A DNA stretch of 17,500 nt from Candidatus Micrarchaeota archaeon (GCA_043816005.1 JBDRIM010000008.1:1-17500); one strand, 5' to 3'. Numbered from the stretch's first letter, positions 7,085-15,786 are shown. Notes: generated from the letters alone by a model not told the origin. Numbers and translations are program-made.

Positions 7085-7250
7085 GCCGCAGTAGCTCAGC
7101 TGGGAGAGCATTCGAATTTCTCTGAATGAAAATTCATAGAGATGATGAAGCTGAAGTGTTTTGGAAACCAATTACCACTGAGTTTTGGTCAAACTTTTTT
7201 CCAAAGAGTTTGAAACCGAAGGGTCGCTTGTTCAAATCAGGCCTGCGGCA
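7085..7250 (+). tRNA. tRNA-Phe(GAA) with two introns (30/31: 7115-7149, 35 nt; 37/38: 7157-7214, 58 nt)
   Basis: Spliced sequence GCCGCAG-TA-GCTCAGCTGGGAGAGC-A-TTCGG-CTGAAGA-CCGAA-GGGTC-GCTTG-TTCAAAT-CAGGC-CTGCGGC-A. Intron 1 has a full BHB (CATT/GATG, bulges CG|A and AA|G, outer helix ATTTCT/AGAGAT). Intron 2 helix CTGA/TTTG is imperfect. Confidence 0.9.
7180..7212 (+). repeat. tRNA-associated hairpin element (in Phe 37/38 intron, sense)
   Basis: GAGTTTTGGTCAAACTTTTTTCCAAAGAGTTTG; 30/33 identical to the reverse complement of 1005-1037. Confidence 0.8.
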
Positions 7251-7260
7251 TTTCTTTTTT
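7251..7260 (+). terminator. Oligo-T tract directly after tRNA-Phe
   Basis: TTTCTTTTTT immediately 3' of the discriminator base, as in archaeal T-tract terminators. Confidence 0.5.
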
Positions 7261-7322
7261 GCTAAAAATTTCGCTGGAGCGAAGTTTGTGAAATATCTCA
7301 CGAATTTGGTATTGTAGTTAAT

Positions 7323-7344
7323 ATTGACCGAAGCTTCGGTCAAT
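7323..7344. repeat. Perfect 22-bp palindrome
   Basis: ATTGACCGAAGCTTCGGTCAAT is its own reverse complement. Confidence 0.9.
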
Positions 7345-7383
7345 TATAAAAATTTCCAGAAGAAATTGGATGGTGAAATTTTT

Positions 7384-7869
7384 ATGGTAAAATTTACAGG
7401 TAAAGAAATGGAAGCTCCTTTCAGTGGAAATATGTGTGTTTATTTTGAAATTGCTTTGTTCTATGAGGTTGGAACTAGTACTGGGCACCATCATTCACAA
7501 GAAAAATTTATTGCACAGATAGATGGTAAAACTGTAGAGATAGGTGTACCGCCAGCTAGATTGAGTTTGCAACCAATATTCGAAAAAGAATTTGAAACAA
7601 AAAAAGCGCCAGAAAAATTCACGGAAATTTTCAACAATGTTTTCGGAGAAGAAATGCCAGAAAAAGTTGTTGTAAAGGAATGGGTGTTGTTAGCTGATAA
7701 CGATTATATTGTAAATGTCAAAAAAGAAAAATATTACTTGCCTCCTTTACCCGGTTCTGATGAACCAAACGAAGAAAATTATACAATGTACGAAATAATG
7801 GATAAAGAATATAATAAAGAGGAAAAAGAAAAATATAGAACTCCCGCAAGTTTTTGGACAGGTGGATAA
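7384..7869 (+). CDS. Hypothetical acidic protein
   Basis: Long ORF. ATG 7384 follows a GGTGA RBS at 7372-7376; the tracked TTG start at 7324 lies inside the palindrome and is unlikely. Confidence 0.7.
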   Translation: MVKFTGKEMEAPFSGNMCVYFEIALFYEVGTSTGHHHSQEKFIAQIDGKTVEIGVPPARLSLQPIFEKEFETKKAPEKFTEIFNNVFGEEMPEKVVVKEWVLLADNDYIVNVKKEKYYLPPLPGSDEPNEENYTMYEIMDKEYNKEEKEKYRTPASFWTGG

Positions 7870-7991
7870 TCAAGTATTTCTCTTCCTGGTTTTGGAAGTG
7901 GGGGAATACCAGGATAGATAGAACCACCAGAATCTGGCAATGGGCACATATCCCAACTGGAGTATAAACTAGCTGCCTGGAAGGTGATTAT

Positions 7992-8372
7992 ATGTTAACA
8001 AGAATCTCTGAAAATTATTTGCGTGTGGCATACCAGATTATCAACAAAAAAGGATACGCCAGACCAAAGGATATTGCAACAACTATGTGCGTTTCATCTG
8101 CTAGTGTCACTGAGATGATGCAGAAATTAGCAAGAGAGAAACTAATCAATTACGAGAAACATGCAGCTGTAACGCTGACCCCCGAAGGCAATAAAAAAGC
8201 AGTTTCAATTATGATGCGCTACCAGGTTTTTCTAAAGCTTTTTGAGATGGCTGGTGTATCGCCACAAACTGCTTATACTGACGCGTGTAGTGTAGAACAT
8301 CATCTAAGCGAAGAGACGGTTTCAAAATTAGTGAATTTTGTAGAAAAACTCGAAAAGAATAAATCACCATAA
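7992..8372 (+). CDS. DtxR/MntR-family metal-dependent transcriptional regulator (no FeoA/SH3 domain)
   Basis: ENYL...Y, DIA....VSSASVTEMMQKL, LTPEG...A and DAC.VEHHLS; GGTGA RBS at 7983-7987. Confidence 0.92.
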   Translation: MLTRISENYLRVAYQIINKKGYARPKDIATTMCVSSASVTEMMQKLAREKLINYEKHAAVTLTPEGNKKAVSIMMRYQVFLKLFEMAGVSPQTAYTDACSVEHHLSEETVSKLVNFVEKLEKNKSP

Positions 8373-8384
8373 ATAAAGACATAG

Positions 8385-8443
8385 TTTCGGATTTTAATAC
8401 ATATCCTAAATCTTTTTGGTCAGTGTATAAATAGACCTAAAGA
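8385..8443. promoter_or_regulatory. Two imperfect inverted repeats over the FTR1 promoter (candidate operator)
   Basis: TTTCGGAT-N10-ATCCTAAA (8385-8410) and TTTTGGTC-N12-GACCTAAA (8414-8441); the second encloses TATAAATA. Confidence 0.4.
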
Positions 8444-8456
8444 CCAGATCGGTAGA

Positions 8457-9275
8457 ATGGCATTAGCTGAATTTACAGTTCTTTTTAGAGAGGTATTGGA
8501 ATCCGCATTTGTAATAGGAATAATGTTGACATATTTAACTAAAACAAAAAATTCCAAATATAACAAATTTGTTTGGGGCGGAGCCCTGGTTGGAATATTT
8601 CTGAGTGTTTTAGTTGCATACACATTTCAATTTAGCATTGAATCATTTGAACAATATGAGGAGATCTTTGAAGGTACATTCATGATCGTAACTTCATTAC
8701 TAGTAACAGGAATGATTTTGTGGATAATAAAGCAAAAACATATAGTTGAAAGCATTAAAGGCGATATAAAGATTAAATTAGACAACGGGCAACCAATAGG
8801 ATTGTTTGTGTTAAGCGCGATTTCTGTACTGAGAGAGGGGGTTGAGGTTATATTATTCTTAGCAGGGATTTTTTTGACAACAGGAACACTGTCTTTGATA
8901 GGCGGTGTTTTAGGTGCGATAGCAGCATTGATCACATGCATACTGATTTTCAATTATGCAGTAAAGTTCAATATTGGTTTGTTTTTCAAGGCAACTGCAG
9001 CAGTTTTGGTGTTATTGGCAGCAGGTTTGTTCTCTCAGGGGTTACATGAATTACAAGAGGCAAAAATTTTGCCAGAATGGATAGAACATGTATATGACTT
9101 GAACTTACAGCAGAATGCTGACGGTACTTACCCGATATTCCACGAAAAGGGCATTTTTGGTGGAACGTTGAAAGGGCTTATTGGGTATGATACTAATCCA
9201 AGTGATCTGCAGGTAATCGGATATCTGGCATACTTGGGTTGTGCATACTGGGTTTATACAAGAAAATTAGATTAA
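8457..9275 (+). CDS. FTR1/EfeU-family high-affinity iron permease
   Basis: Two RExxE motifs (FREVLE, LREGVE), about 7 TM segments, LAAGL...G.HELQEA. Confidence 0.92.
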   Translation: MALAEFTVLFREVLESAFVIGIMLTYLTKTKNSKYNKFVWGGALVGIFLSVLVAYTFQFSIESFEQYEEIFEGTFMIVTSLLVTGMILWIIKQKHIVESIKGDIKIKLDNGQPIGLFVLSAISVLREGVEVILFLAGIFLTTGTLSLIGGVLGAIAALITCILIFNYAVKFNIGLFFKATAAVLVLLAAGLFSQGLHELQEAKILPEWIEHVYDLNLQQNADGTYPIFHEKGIFGGTLKGLIGYDTNPSDLQVIGYLAYLGCAYWVYTRKLD

Positions 9276-9797
9276 TTCTAATAATCTGCCATAATGTAAA
9301 CTGTTAATATGACCGGCATTTTTTTCAATAATAAAATCAGCATCAAGAATTTTAGCAACACGTTCTCCTTCGCTTAATTCTATGAATGGATCATTATCTG
9401 AATTTATCACAATAAATTTGTCTGATTTTGTTTTGATTTTTTCAAAATCAAATTCCATATCGAAAAAATTCTTTAATTCTGGAATACCAAGATCTTTTGC
9501 AGAACCAGCAACAAGAATGACTTTCTTCACGTGTTCATCTTGATCAAATGATTCGAGCAAACTAAGGATAGTTGGACACCCAAGAGAATGACCGATAAGA
9601 ACCCACTCATCTTTTTTATTGAATTTTTTGACATTGTTACGAACAGTTACTAACCATTTTTCTAATTTTGGGGTATTTGTATCTGGAAAATCAGGTGAGA
9701 TAACTTCGATGCCGCGTTCCTTCAACCGATTACTAAGCCAAAAGGACCAACAACTTTTACCGTCTCCGCCCCAACAATGGAAAAGAAAAACTTTCAT
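9267..9797 (-). CDS. RBBP9/YdeN-family alpha/beta serine hydrolase
   Basis: H.WGG....W..WL, GHSLG nucleophile elbow, SDNDPFI and AGHIN. Confidence 0.9.
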   Translation of the reverse strand: MKVFLFHCWGGDGKSCWSFWLSNRLKERGIEVISPDFPDTNTPKLEKWLVTVRNNVKKFNKKDEWVLIGHSLGCPTILSLLESFDQDEHVKKVILVAGSAKDLGIPELKNFFDMEFDFEKIKTKSDKFIVINSDNDPFIELSEGERVAKILDADFIIEKNAGHINSLHYGRLLELI

Positions 9798-9866
9798 TTG
9801 TAAAACCTAAAATAATTAATGAACAGATCATTTAAATTAGTGATTTTAGAACGTATATGGATTAAG

Positions 9867-10697
9867 ATGAAGTATTTGATCATGTTATTTGTTTTACTGC
9901 TGGTTTTTGGTTGTGTCAAAGATATTACTCAGACAAACAATTCTAATACGACAAATCCGACCCAAAATTTAACTGATCTAAATCAGATATGGATTCCTGA
10001 AAAAAATTCAACATTCCAATGGCAGTTAGATGGTGAGCTTGATACCACCATAAATGCAACTGTTTACGATATTGACCTTTTTGATAATAATGCAGATGAT
10101 ATAGAAAATTTACATAGTAAAGGAAAAAAAGTCATCTGCTACATAAGTGCAGGATCATGGGAAAATTGGAGAGACGATAAAGATGACTTCCCTTTGCAAA
10201 TAATTGGTAAAAATTATGATGGATGGGATGGAGAAAAATGGCTAGATATTAGAAGAATAGATTTACTAGGACCAGTGATTACTAAACGCCTTGATCTAGC
10301 AAAGGAAAAAGGCTGTGATGGGATTGAACCGGACAACATTGATGGATACGAAACTGAAACAGGTTTTCCAATAACAGAATATGATCAATTAGAATACAAC
10401 ATTTGGCTAGCAAATGAAACACATAAAAGAGGAATGTCAATAGGGCTCAAGAATGATGCTATGCAGACTACGGAATTAGTCGGTTATTTTGATTGGGCCT
10501 TAACAGAAGACTGCTATGCAGAAAACTGGTGTGAGAAAGTAAAAATATTTTCAATGAATGGAAAGACGGTGTTTCAAGTGGAGTATACTGATCAAGGGAC
10601 TGTATTAGGGGATTTCTGCCTTGAATCCAAAAAAAATGAATATGTTGGTATTTTGAAGAATAAAGAATTGGACGCATGGCGTGAGAGTTGTTCATAA
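9867..10697 (+). CDS. Endo-alpha-1,4-polygalactosaminidase (GH114 family), predicted lipoprotein
   Basis: Signal peptide ending VFGC, N/T-rich linker, FQWQL, YDIDLFD, ICYISAGSWENWR.D, GE.WLDIR, GCDGIEPDNIDGY, IGLKND. Start placed at ATG 9867. Confidence 0.9.
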   Translation: MKYLIMLFVLLLVFGCVKDITQTNNSNTTNPTQNLTDLNQIWIPEKNSTFQWQLDGELDTTINATVYDIDLFDNNADDIENLHSKGKKVICYISAGSWENWRDDKDDFPLQIIGKNYDGWDGEKWLDIRRIDLLGPVITKRLDLAKEKGCDGIEPDNIDGYETETGFPITEYDQLEYNIWLANETHKRGMSIGLKNDAMQTTELVGYFDWALTEDCYAENWCEKVKIFSMNGKTVFQVEYTDQGTVLGDFCLESKKNEYVGILKNKELDAWRESCS

Positions 10698-11042
10698 AAG
10701 CTTTAATTTCCCAAAAACTTTATCCAATTCTTCTTCTTTCCATGGTCCTGCTGCAAAACAAGTAACAGTGCCGGGTTCTAATTGAGTGCGCCCGGCATCA
10801 CAAACGATTTCACATGGGATTCCTGCATCCTTTCCTTTTTGGAAATATTCAAAAAGTTCTTTTTCACCATTCACCTTTAGTACAACTTTTGCCTGGCCTT
10901 CGGCTTCCCATTTTTTAACGAACTCTGGATTTGATTTCAGGGCTTTTTTATAAGATGAAAGCGAAGCATGGCAACATTGTGCTGCAAGCTTTCCTTTTCC
11001 CATCTTCAGATCAGCGCGAACAACAATTGTTTGTTTGAACAT
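10692..11042 (-). CDS. pth2: Peptidyl-tRNA hydrolase 2
   Basis: KQ.IVVR.DLKMGKGKLAAQCCHA, GQAKVVLK, DAGRTQL.PGT.T and LKLL C-terminus. Start placed at ATG 11042. Confidence 0.95.
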   Translation of the reverse strand: MFKQTIVVRADLKMGKGKLAAQCCHASLSSYKKALKSNPEFVKKWEAEGQAKVVLKVNGEKELFEYFQKGKDAGIPCEIVCDAGRTQLEPGTVTCFAAGPWKEEELDKVFGKLKLL

Positions 11043-11071
11043 GATAGGATAAAGAGAGTAAGAAATTAAAA

Positions 11072-11626
11072 TTAGGAAGGATTTTGGTTTAGTAGAGCTT
11101 TTGCCTTTGGAGAAAGTAGGCATTCTTTTTTGTTAAGAAATTTAAGAAGCATGATAAGATTTTTCTGGTGTAATAATTGAATAGAGAGAGCGAGATTACC
11201 TTTGAATGTAAATTTAACTGTACTCATAAACAAAAAATGGGTAACATCTACCAATTCAACTTCAGAATAACGCTTATTTCTTGGTCTGATGCCAATTGCA
11301 CTTGGATTGAATTCACAATGATCTTGAAAGAAAACAATTTTCGGAGCAAATCCACTAACATCTTCTTGTGGAATAAAATCTGGAAAAATTTTTGCTCTTT
11401 CATGCATGCCAAGTACTGGAACATCAATTGGATATTTTGTAAAATCTATTTCTTTTGATAATCTTTGAGTGATGAACAGATAGAGAAGACAGAAAAATAA
11501 GAGGATATCAATGGTAAGAATGATAAGTGCCAAACCACGATCCAAAATATTAAAGGCTAAGGCGAACAGTAGAACAAATATAAATGCAAATAAGACATAC
11601 AGAATAAAACTGGGCAAACGCATCAT
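11072..11626 (-). CDS. Hypothetical membrane protein (2 N-terminal TM plus soluble domain)
   Basis: 184-aa ORF with two strongly hydrophobic helices, co-oriented with its neighbours. Confidence 0.7.
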   Translation of the reverse strand: MMRLPSFILYVLFAFIFVLLFALAFNILDRGLALIILTIDILLFFCLLYLFITQRLSKEIDFTKYPIDVPVLGMHERAKIFPDFIPQEDVSGFAPKIVFFQDHCEFNPSAIGIRPRNKRYSEVELVDVTHFLFMSTVKFTFKGNLALSIQLLHQKNLIMLLKFLNKKECLLSPKAKALLNQNPS

Positions 11627-11653
11627 ATGTACTTTTAAATAAAATTAATAAAA

Positions 11654-12235
11654 TTATGTTCTCAGCGCAACACTACGATCTTCGAATGCCCCCTTTGGAA
11701 TTATGATTGGTTGTTTGGTACCAACAGGAAATTGTACTACATTATCAGGTAATTCAACAGTATATTGTTCCAACATCTTTGTAAGACGAAGAAGATTTTC
11801 AGTGATAGATGCAACTGATGAAAATTCAGAAGTTGATTGATACCTACTTTCACTCAAAATATATACGTGCTCTTCTACTGGTTTAACATTATGACGAAGT
11901 ACCAGATTGAATCCCATGCCTACAACCAGATTATGTAAATCTTCATCAAGTCGCAGATGGTCAGTAAGGAACTCAAGTCTAGCAGCTATTCTTATTGCAC
12001 CTTGATAAACTTGAACTAGTTCGACAACACCGCCAAATTCCTGTAGTGCTTTTTTGGCTTTGTAGTATCTTGAAAGAATACCTTGTGGATTAAGATAGCT
12101 CATACGAAACATGATGCGAGATACTTCATTATCTTGAAGTACACGAATGCCCTCAGCAAGAACTGACGCGGGTCTGAATTTTGGCCTGAGAGTTGGGCTT
12201 GCACCTGCACATTGTATCTTTAACGGACTGGTCAT
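11654..12235 (-). CDS. Hypothetical protein
   Basis: 193-aa ORF filling the gap; no motif recognised. Its ATG overlaps the end of the double-hairpin element. Confidence 0.65.
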   Translation of the reverse strand: MTSPLKIQCAGASPTLRPKFRPASVLAEGIRVLQDNEVSRIMFRMSYLNPQGILSRYYKAKKALQEFGGVVELVQVYQGAIRIAARLEFLTDHLRLDEDLHNLVVGMGFNLVLRHNVKPVEEHVYILSESRYQSTSEFSSVASITENLLRLTKMLEQYTVELPDNVVQFPVGTKQPIIIPKGAFEDRSVALRT

Positions 12236-12283
12236 ATAATGAACCTTTGGTTCATGATAGTCAAGAACTTGGTTCTTGCCATG
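12233..12283. repeat. Double-hairpin dispersed element, copy 2
   Basis: CA-TATAATGAACC-TTT-GGTTCATGATA-GT-CAAGAAC-TTG-GTTCTTG-CCATG; matches the architecture of 706-762. Confidence 0.75.
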
Positions 12284-12300
12284 GTAAAGTGTGGTTCAAT

Positions 12301-12313
12301 AAAAGCTTATAAA
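12301..12313 (+). promoter_or_regulatory. Putative BRE/TATA for the MgtC-family gene
   Basis: AAAAGCTTATAAA with the TATA about 25-30 nt before ATG 12336 (leaderless spacing). Confidence 0.5.
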
Positions 12314-12335
12314 GCTCTGTCACAAATATCGAAGT

Positions 12336-12761
12336 ATGGTTAATGAATTTGAAGTTATAATCAGACTTCTTGCTTCTGTTATTGTTGGTTTGCTCATAGG
12401 ATTATCAAGAAGACGCAAATCAGCGGGAGTTCGGACTTTTGCATTAATTTCATTGGGTTCTGCAATATTTACAATAGTATCAATTGCAGATATGTTTTTA
12501 CCATATAGTAACAGTTATGACCCAACAAGAGTAATTGCCCAGATAGTTGCTGGTGTTGGTTTTCTTGGACTCGCTGTAATTTGGAGACAAGGGACGACAA
12601 AACCCGCTGGAGTTACAACAGCTGCTGCAATTTGGGTTACTGCTTCGATAGGAGTTTTGGCAGGATTAGGAATGTGGCTGGAAACAATAGTTGGAACAGT
12701 ATTAGTGCTTGCGTTATTGTATTCTAAAAAACCACTAATGCGTGCACATATTGAAGAGTAA
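12336..12761 (+). CDS. MgtC/SapB-family membrane protein
   Basis: G.LIGL.R, AGVRTFALISLGS, DPTRVIAQIVAGVGFLG and G.TTAAAIW.TA.IG...G.G. Confidence 0.92.
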   Translation: MVNEFEVIIRLLASVIVGLLIGLSRRRKSAGVRTFALISLGSAIFTIVSIADMFLPYSNSYDPTRVIAQIVAGVGFLGLAVIWRQGTTKPAGVTTAAAIWVTASIGVLAGLGMWLETIVGTVLVLALLYSKKPLMRAHIEE

Positions 12762-15335
12762 TTATAATTTCCAATATTTTTTATTCTTAATAAAATTTTT
12801 CTGTACCTCAATCAAATCCAGATAAAATGCTTCTTCTGATTTGTGTAATCTTCTTAGAACACGATCGGCTGTTTGTGGCCCAACTCCATAGGTGGAAAGT
12901 GCAATCAGTGCCTGCTTTCCATATGCTCTTATCAAACCAGCGGAAAATTCCTGATCTGATTTTGGCTCTCCATCTTTATTCATAAGTGCAAGTGATAGTT
13001 GATTGCATTTGTGACAGATGATTTTATCTGGAGCACCAGCCAAATGCATAAATCTTGTTGCATTGCAATTAAGGCAAGCTAAACGAAGTGTTTTGGAAAG
13101 TGCATTTTCTTTGAATGCAGAAACTATCCTTTCACGAGGTTCAAATGCACCAATTGATTCTGCACCTGATACGCGTTCAAGACCTATTTGTGCAAAATAA
13201 CTTGGTTTTTTTCTGATGTCATAAACAATTTTTATATGACCATTACGAATTTTACGTAAAATTTCTTCTGTTTTATCAACATCAAAATATCTGAAAAAAA
13301 TAGAGCGAACTGTTTCTTCGTAAACAACAGAATTACGCATCATCTGAATGTAGCGTGAATTTGGATTTGCATCAGGAGAAAGAAGACCAAACATCCTCCC
13401 AACATGAAGGAATTTGAATTTTAGTAAGGAAGAAAATTCAAGTGCATCTATAAGTTGATTTTTGATATTTCGAATACCTTCGAATGCGCGTTTGAGATAC
13501 TCCTCTTTCATTGGAAATGGCAGTTTGATAAGAATACGATAGGGATCTGAAACTGCAATTACATTTTCACCAATTAAATTTGAAAGTTGCTTGGAAAAAA
13601 CACGAGATAACGTATCGTTGACTCTTGTTCCAAAACACGCGTGGATAACAACAAGATCCTGAACCATCTCAATTACAACTGTTTTGTCATCAGGCAATGG
13701 AGAAACATCTTTTTTCAATTTTCTCATTCGACCAACATCCTGCGCAACTTCAAAAGAAACAGGTATGTCTTCTCCAGTCCATGAAGGGATCATAATGTCC
13801 AAACCAGATGTTGGTTCTGCAAGTACTTCTTTGTCAGTAATATCAACAACACGCCATGCCATTCCATGGGATAGGAAACTTGAACCAGATTCTAAGTTTA
13901 CAACAAATTCCTCATCAAGGCTGGAGATAAATCGATTTGCAGAAATGTCACGCATTGCGAATTTTTTTGTTTTTGGTATTGTGCTCAGGAAATCGACATA
14001 ATACATCCTTGCTCTTGGTTTTGTGTTTATAAAAATTTCTTTGGGATCTTCATCGTAATAGATTAATCCTTCGCCGTAAAGTTGAAGCGCTATCATTCTG
14101 AGCTTATTGAAATCTATTCCATAAGCATAGGATCTAGACAAAATAGAATGGACTTTTGAAAGTTCAATTCTTCCAAAATCAAGACAGATGCCAATGACTT
14201 GGTGGGCAATTACATCTAGAGCGCCACGTTCAGCTTTTTTGTCTTCCATCCAGCCATTTTTAGCAAGTACTGTTATCACTTCACTTTCCAACCGATCATC
14301 AAAATCTGAATTGAAAATTATCCCTCTCGGTGTTTTTGTAAGACTATGACCAGATCTACCAACTCTTTGAATGAGCCGAAAAACCTGGTGGGGTGAACCA
14401 TATTGCATAACTAATGACACATCGCCAACATCAATCCCAAGTTCAAGTGACGACGTACATAAAATTGAATTAATCTTTCCACTTTTAAAATCATCTTCAG
14501 TTGTCAAACGAATGTCTTTTGCAAGCGAACCGTGGTGGACACCAATAGGTGCATTCATTTTTTTCAAAGAAGCGCCTATTTCTTCTGCCGTACTTCGCGT
14601 ATTAACAAAAACTAATGAACGAAATTCCTCGGAAAGGTCTTTAATCTTTTCAAGACGTTTTTCATTTGAAAGTTCTTCTACCTTAATATCAAGCTCCCTA
14701 TTCTTGCCACTTTCACATACTTGAAATTCTCTTTCACCAAACAAAAGTTTTGCAGCCTCTGATTCATTTGCAACAGTTGCACTAATCCCTAATCTTTGAA
14801 ATGTTGCAATTTCATTAAGTCTTTCAAGGCCAAGAGAAAGCTGTGCTCCGCGTTTGTTGTCAAGAATATCATGAATCTCATCTACAATAACAAATTCTAT
14901 AGTAGTAAGATGTTTACGCATTACCCTTCCAAGAAGAAGTGCTTGAAGAGATTCAACAGTTGTAAGAAGGACTTGGGGTGGTTTTGTTCTGTGTTTTGCT
15001 CTTTCAGATTGAGTGGTGTCCCCAGTTCTTATATCATGAGTTATTTCAAGACGATCACACCACCAATTAAATCTTTGTTTAAGATCGCGAGAAAGAGCAC
15101 GTAATGGAGTTATGTAAAGTGCACGAATACCGATTGTTTGATTTTTTGTTCCTTGATTAGCACTTGTTTTTATTTTCTCTAAGATTGGAAGAAGAACACT
15201 TTCTGTTTTTCCAGAACCAGTTGGCGCTAGGATGAGAACATTTTTGCCAGCAAGAACATTAGGCATTGCGATTTTTTGAATTGGTGTGAGTTCGCCAAAC
15301 CGTTCTCTGATTAATTCCGCTACACTTGGCATCAT
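12762..15335 (-). CDS. lhr: Lhr-like ATP-dependent SF2 helicase with C-terminal Cys4 motif
   Basis: APTGSGKT, YITPLRAL, DEIH, KRG.QL...LERL, SAT, HHGSL, TSSLELGIDVG, QRVGRSGH, LDEEF, PSW.GE; C-terminal CLNC...CHKC and YGVGP.TA.R.L. Confidence 0.92.
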   Translation of the reverse strand: MMPSVAELIRERFGELTPIQKIAMPNVLAGKNVLILAPTGSGKTESVLLPILEKIKTSANQGTKNQTIGIRALYITPLRALSRDLKQRFNWWCDRLEITHDIRTGDTTQSERAKHRTKPPQVLLTTVESLQALLLGRVMRKHLTTIEFVIVDEIHDILDNKRGAQLSLGLERLNEIATFQRLGISATVANESEAAKLLFGEREFQVCESGKNRELDIKVEELSNEKRLEKIKDLSEEFRSLVFVNTRSTAEEIGASLKKMNAPIGVHHGSLAKDIRLTTEDDFKSGKINSILCTSSLELGIDVGDVSLVMQYGSPHQVFRLIQRVGRSGHSLTKTPRGIIFNSDFDDRLESEVITVLAKNGWMEDKKAERGALDVIAHQVIGICLDFGRIELSKVHSILSRSYAYGIDFNKLRMIALQLYGEGLIYYDEDPKEIFINTKPRARMYYVDFLSTIPKTKKFAMRDISANRFISSLDEEFVVNLESGSSFLSHGMAWRVVDITDKEVLAEPTSGLDIMIPSWTGEDIPVSFEVAQDVGRMRKLKKDVSPLPDDKTVVIEMVQDLVVIHACFGTRVNDTLSRVFSKQLSNLIGENVIAVSDPYRILIKLPFPMKEEYLKRAFEGIRNIKNQLIDALEFSSLLKFKFLHVGRMFGLLSPDANPNSRYIQMMRNSVVYEETVRSIFFRYFDVDKTEEILRKIRNGHIKIVYDIRKKPSYFAQIGLERVSGAESIGAFEPRERIVSAFKENALSKTLRLACLNCNATRFMHLAGAPDKIICHKCNQLSLALMNKDGEPKSDQEFSAGLIRAYGKQALIALSTYGVGPQTADRVLRRLHKSEEAFYLDLIEVQKNFIKNKKYWKL

Positions 15336-15394
15336 ATCAACTATGTGAAGAAGGATTAATGAGGATAAGGATGATATAACCTAGTAAGAGAATA

Positions 15395-15691
15395 TCAAAT
15401 TTGTATTATTACAACACCACGCTCTTTTTTTGGCGATTCGTCTCTTGGTTGCCATCCAGGTGGTGGCTCATCATAAAGAGGTAATTCTAATCGCGGACGA
15501 TCTTCTTTTTGTGGTTGTTGTTCACGCTTAAGTTTTTCAAGTGCACCGGGAGGTACCCAGCTTGGATCAAAATCGGGGATAGGTAATCGTGTGATACTTT
15601 TCATCATTGGAATTGATGGTTTCGCAACCCGTTCGATAGGTTTCTTCGGAGCATGTTGCCCAAAACGGAGTTCCATGCAACTAGCGCTCAA
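15395..15691 (-). CDS. Small Pro-rich hypothetical protein (start may be ATG 15676)
   Basis: 98-aa ORF, low complexity, ends RGVVIIQI; TTTAAATA box just upstream. Confidence 0.55.
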   Translation of the reverse strand: MSASCMELRFGQHAPKKPIERVAKPSIPMMKSITRLPIPDFDPSWVPPGALEKLKREQQPQKEDRPRLELPLYDEPPPGWQPRDESPKKERGVVIIQI

Positions 15692-15786
15692 TTTGTATAT
15701 TTAAATGTTTGTATCAGTAATATTTTGTGGAATAGACAGGAAGAAATGTTTTTTAAATTGAAAACGACAAATAGAGGGTGATACTC

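Noticed and set aside
7126..7343. ORFs 7126-7317 (+) and 7134-7343 (-), and the shared MTEASVN N-terminus with 7324-7869
   Set aside because: They overlap tRNA-Phe. The identical N-termini arise only because both begin in the 22-bp palindrome.
7870..7991. GC-richer gap before the DtxR gene as a metal riboswitch or read-through extension
   Set aside because: A TCCTGGT/ACCAGGA stem exists but I recognise no riboswitch consensus. The plus frame has further stops, and a TATA-like box at about 7963 would place most of it outside the mRNA.
6623..12764. Zero-gap or overlapping convergent stops (6625/6626, 9267-9275, 10692-10697, 12761/12762)
   Set aside because: Ordinary feature of compact AT-rich archaeal genomes.
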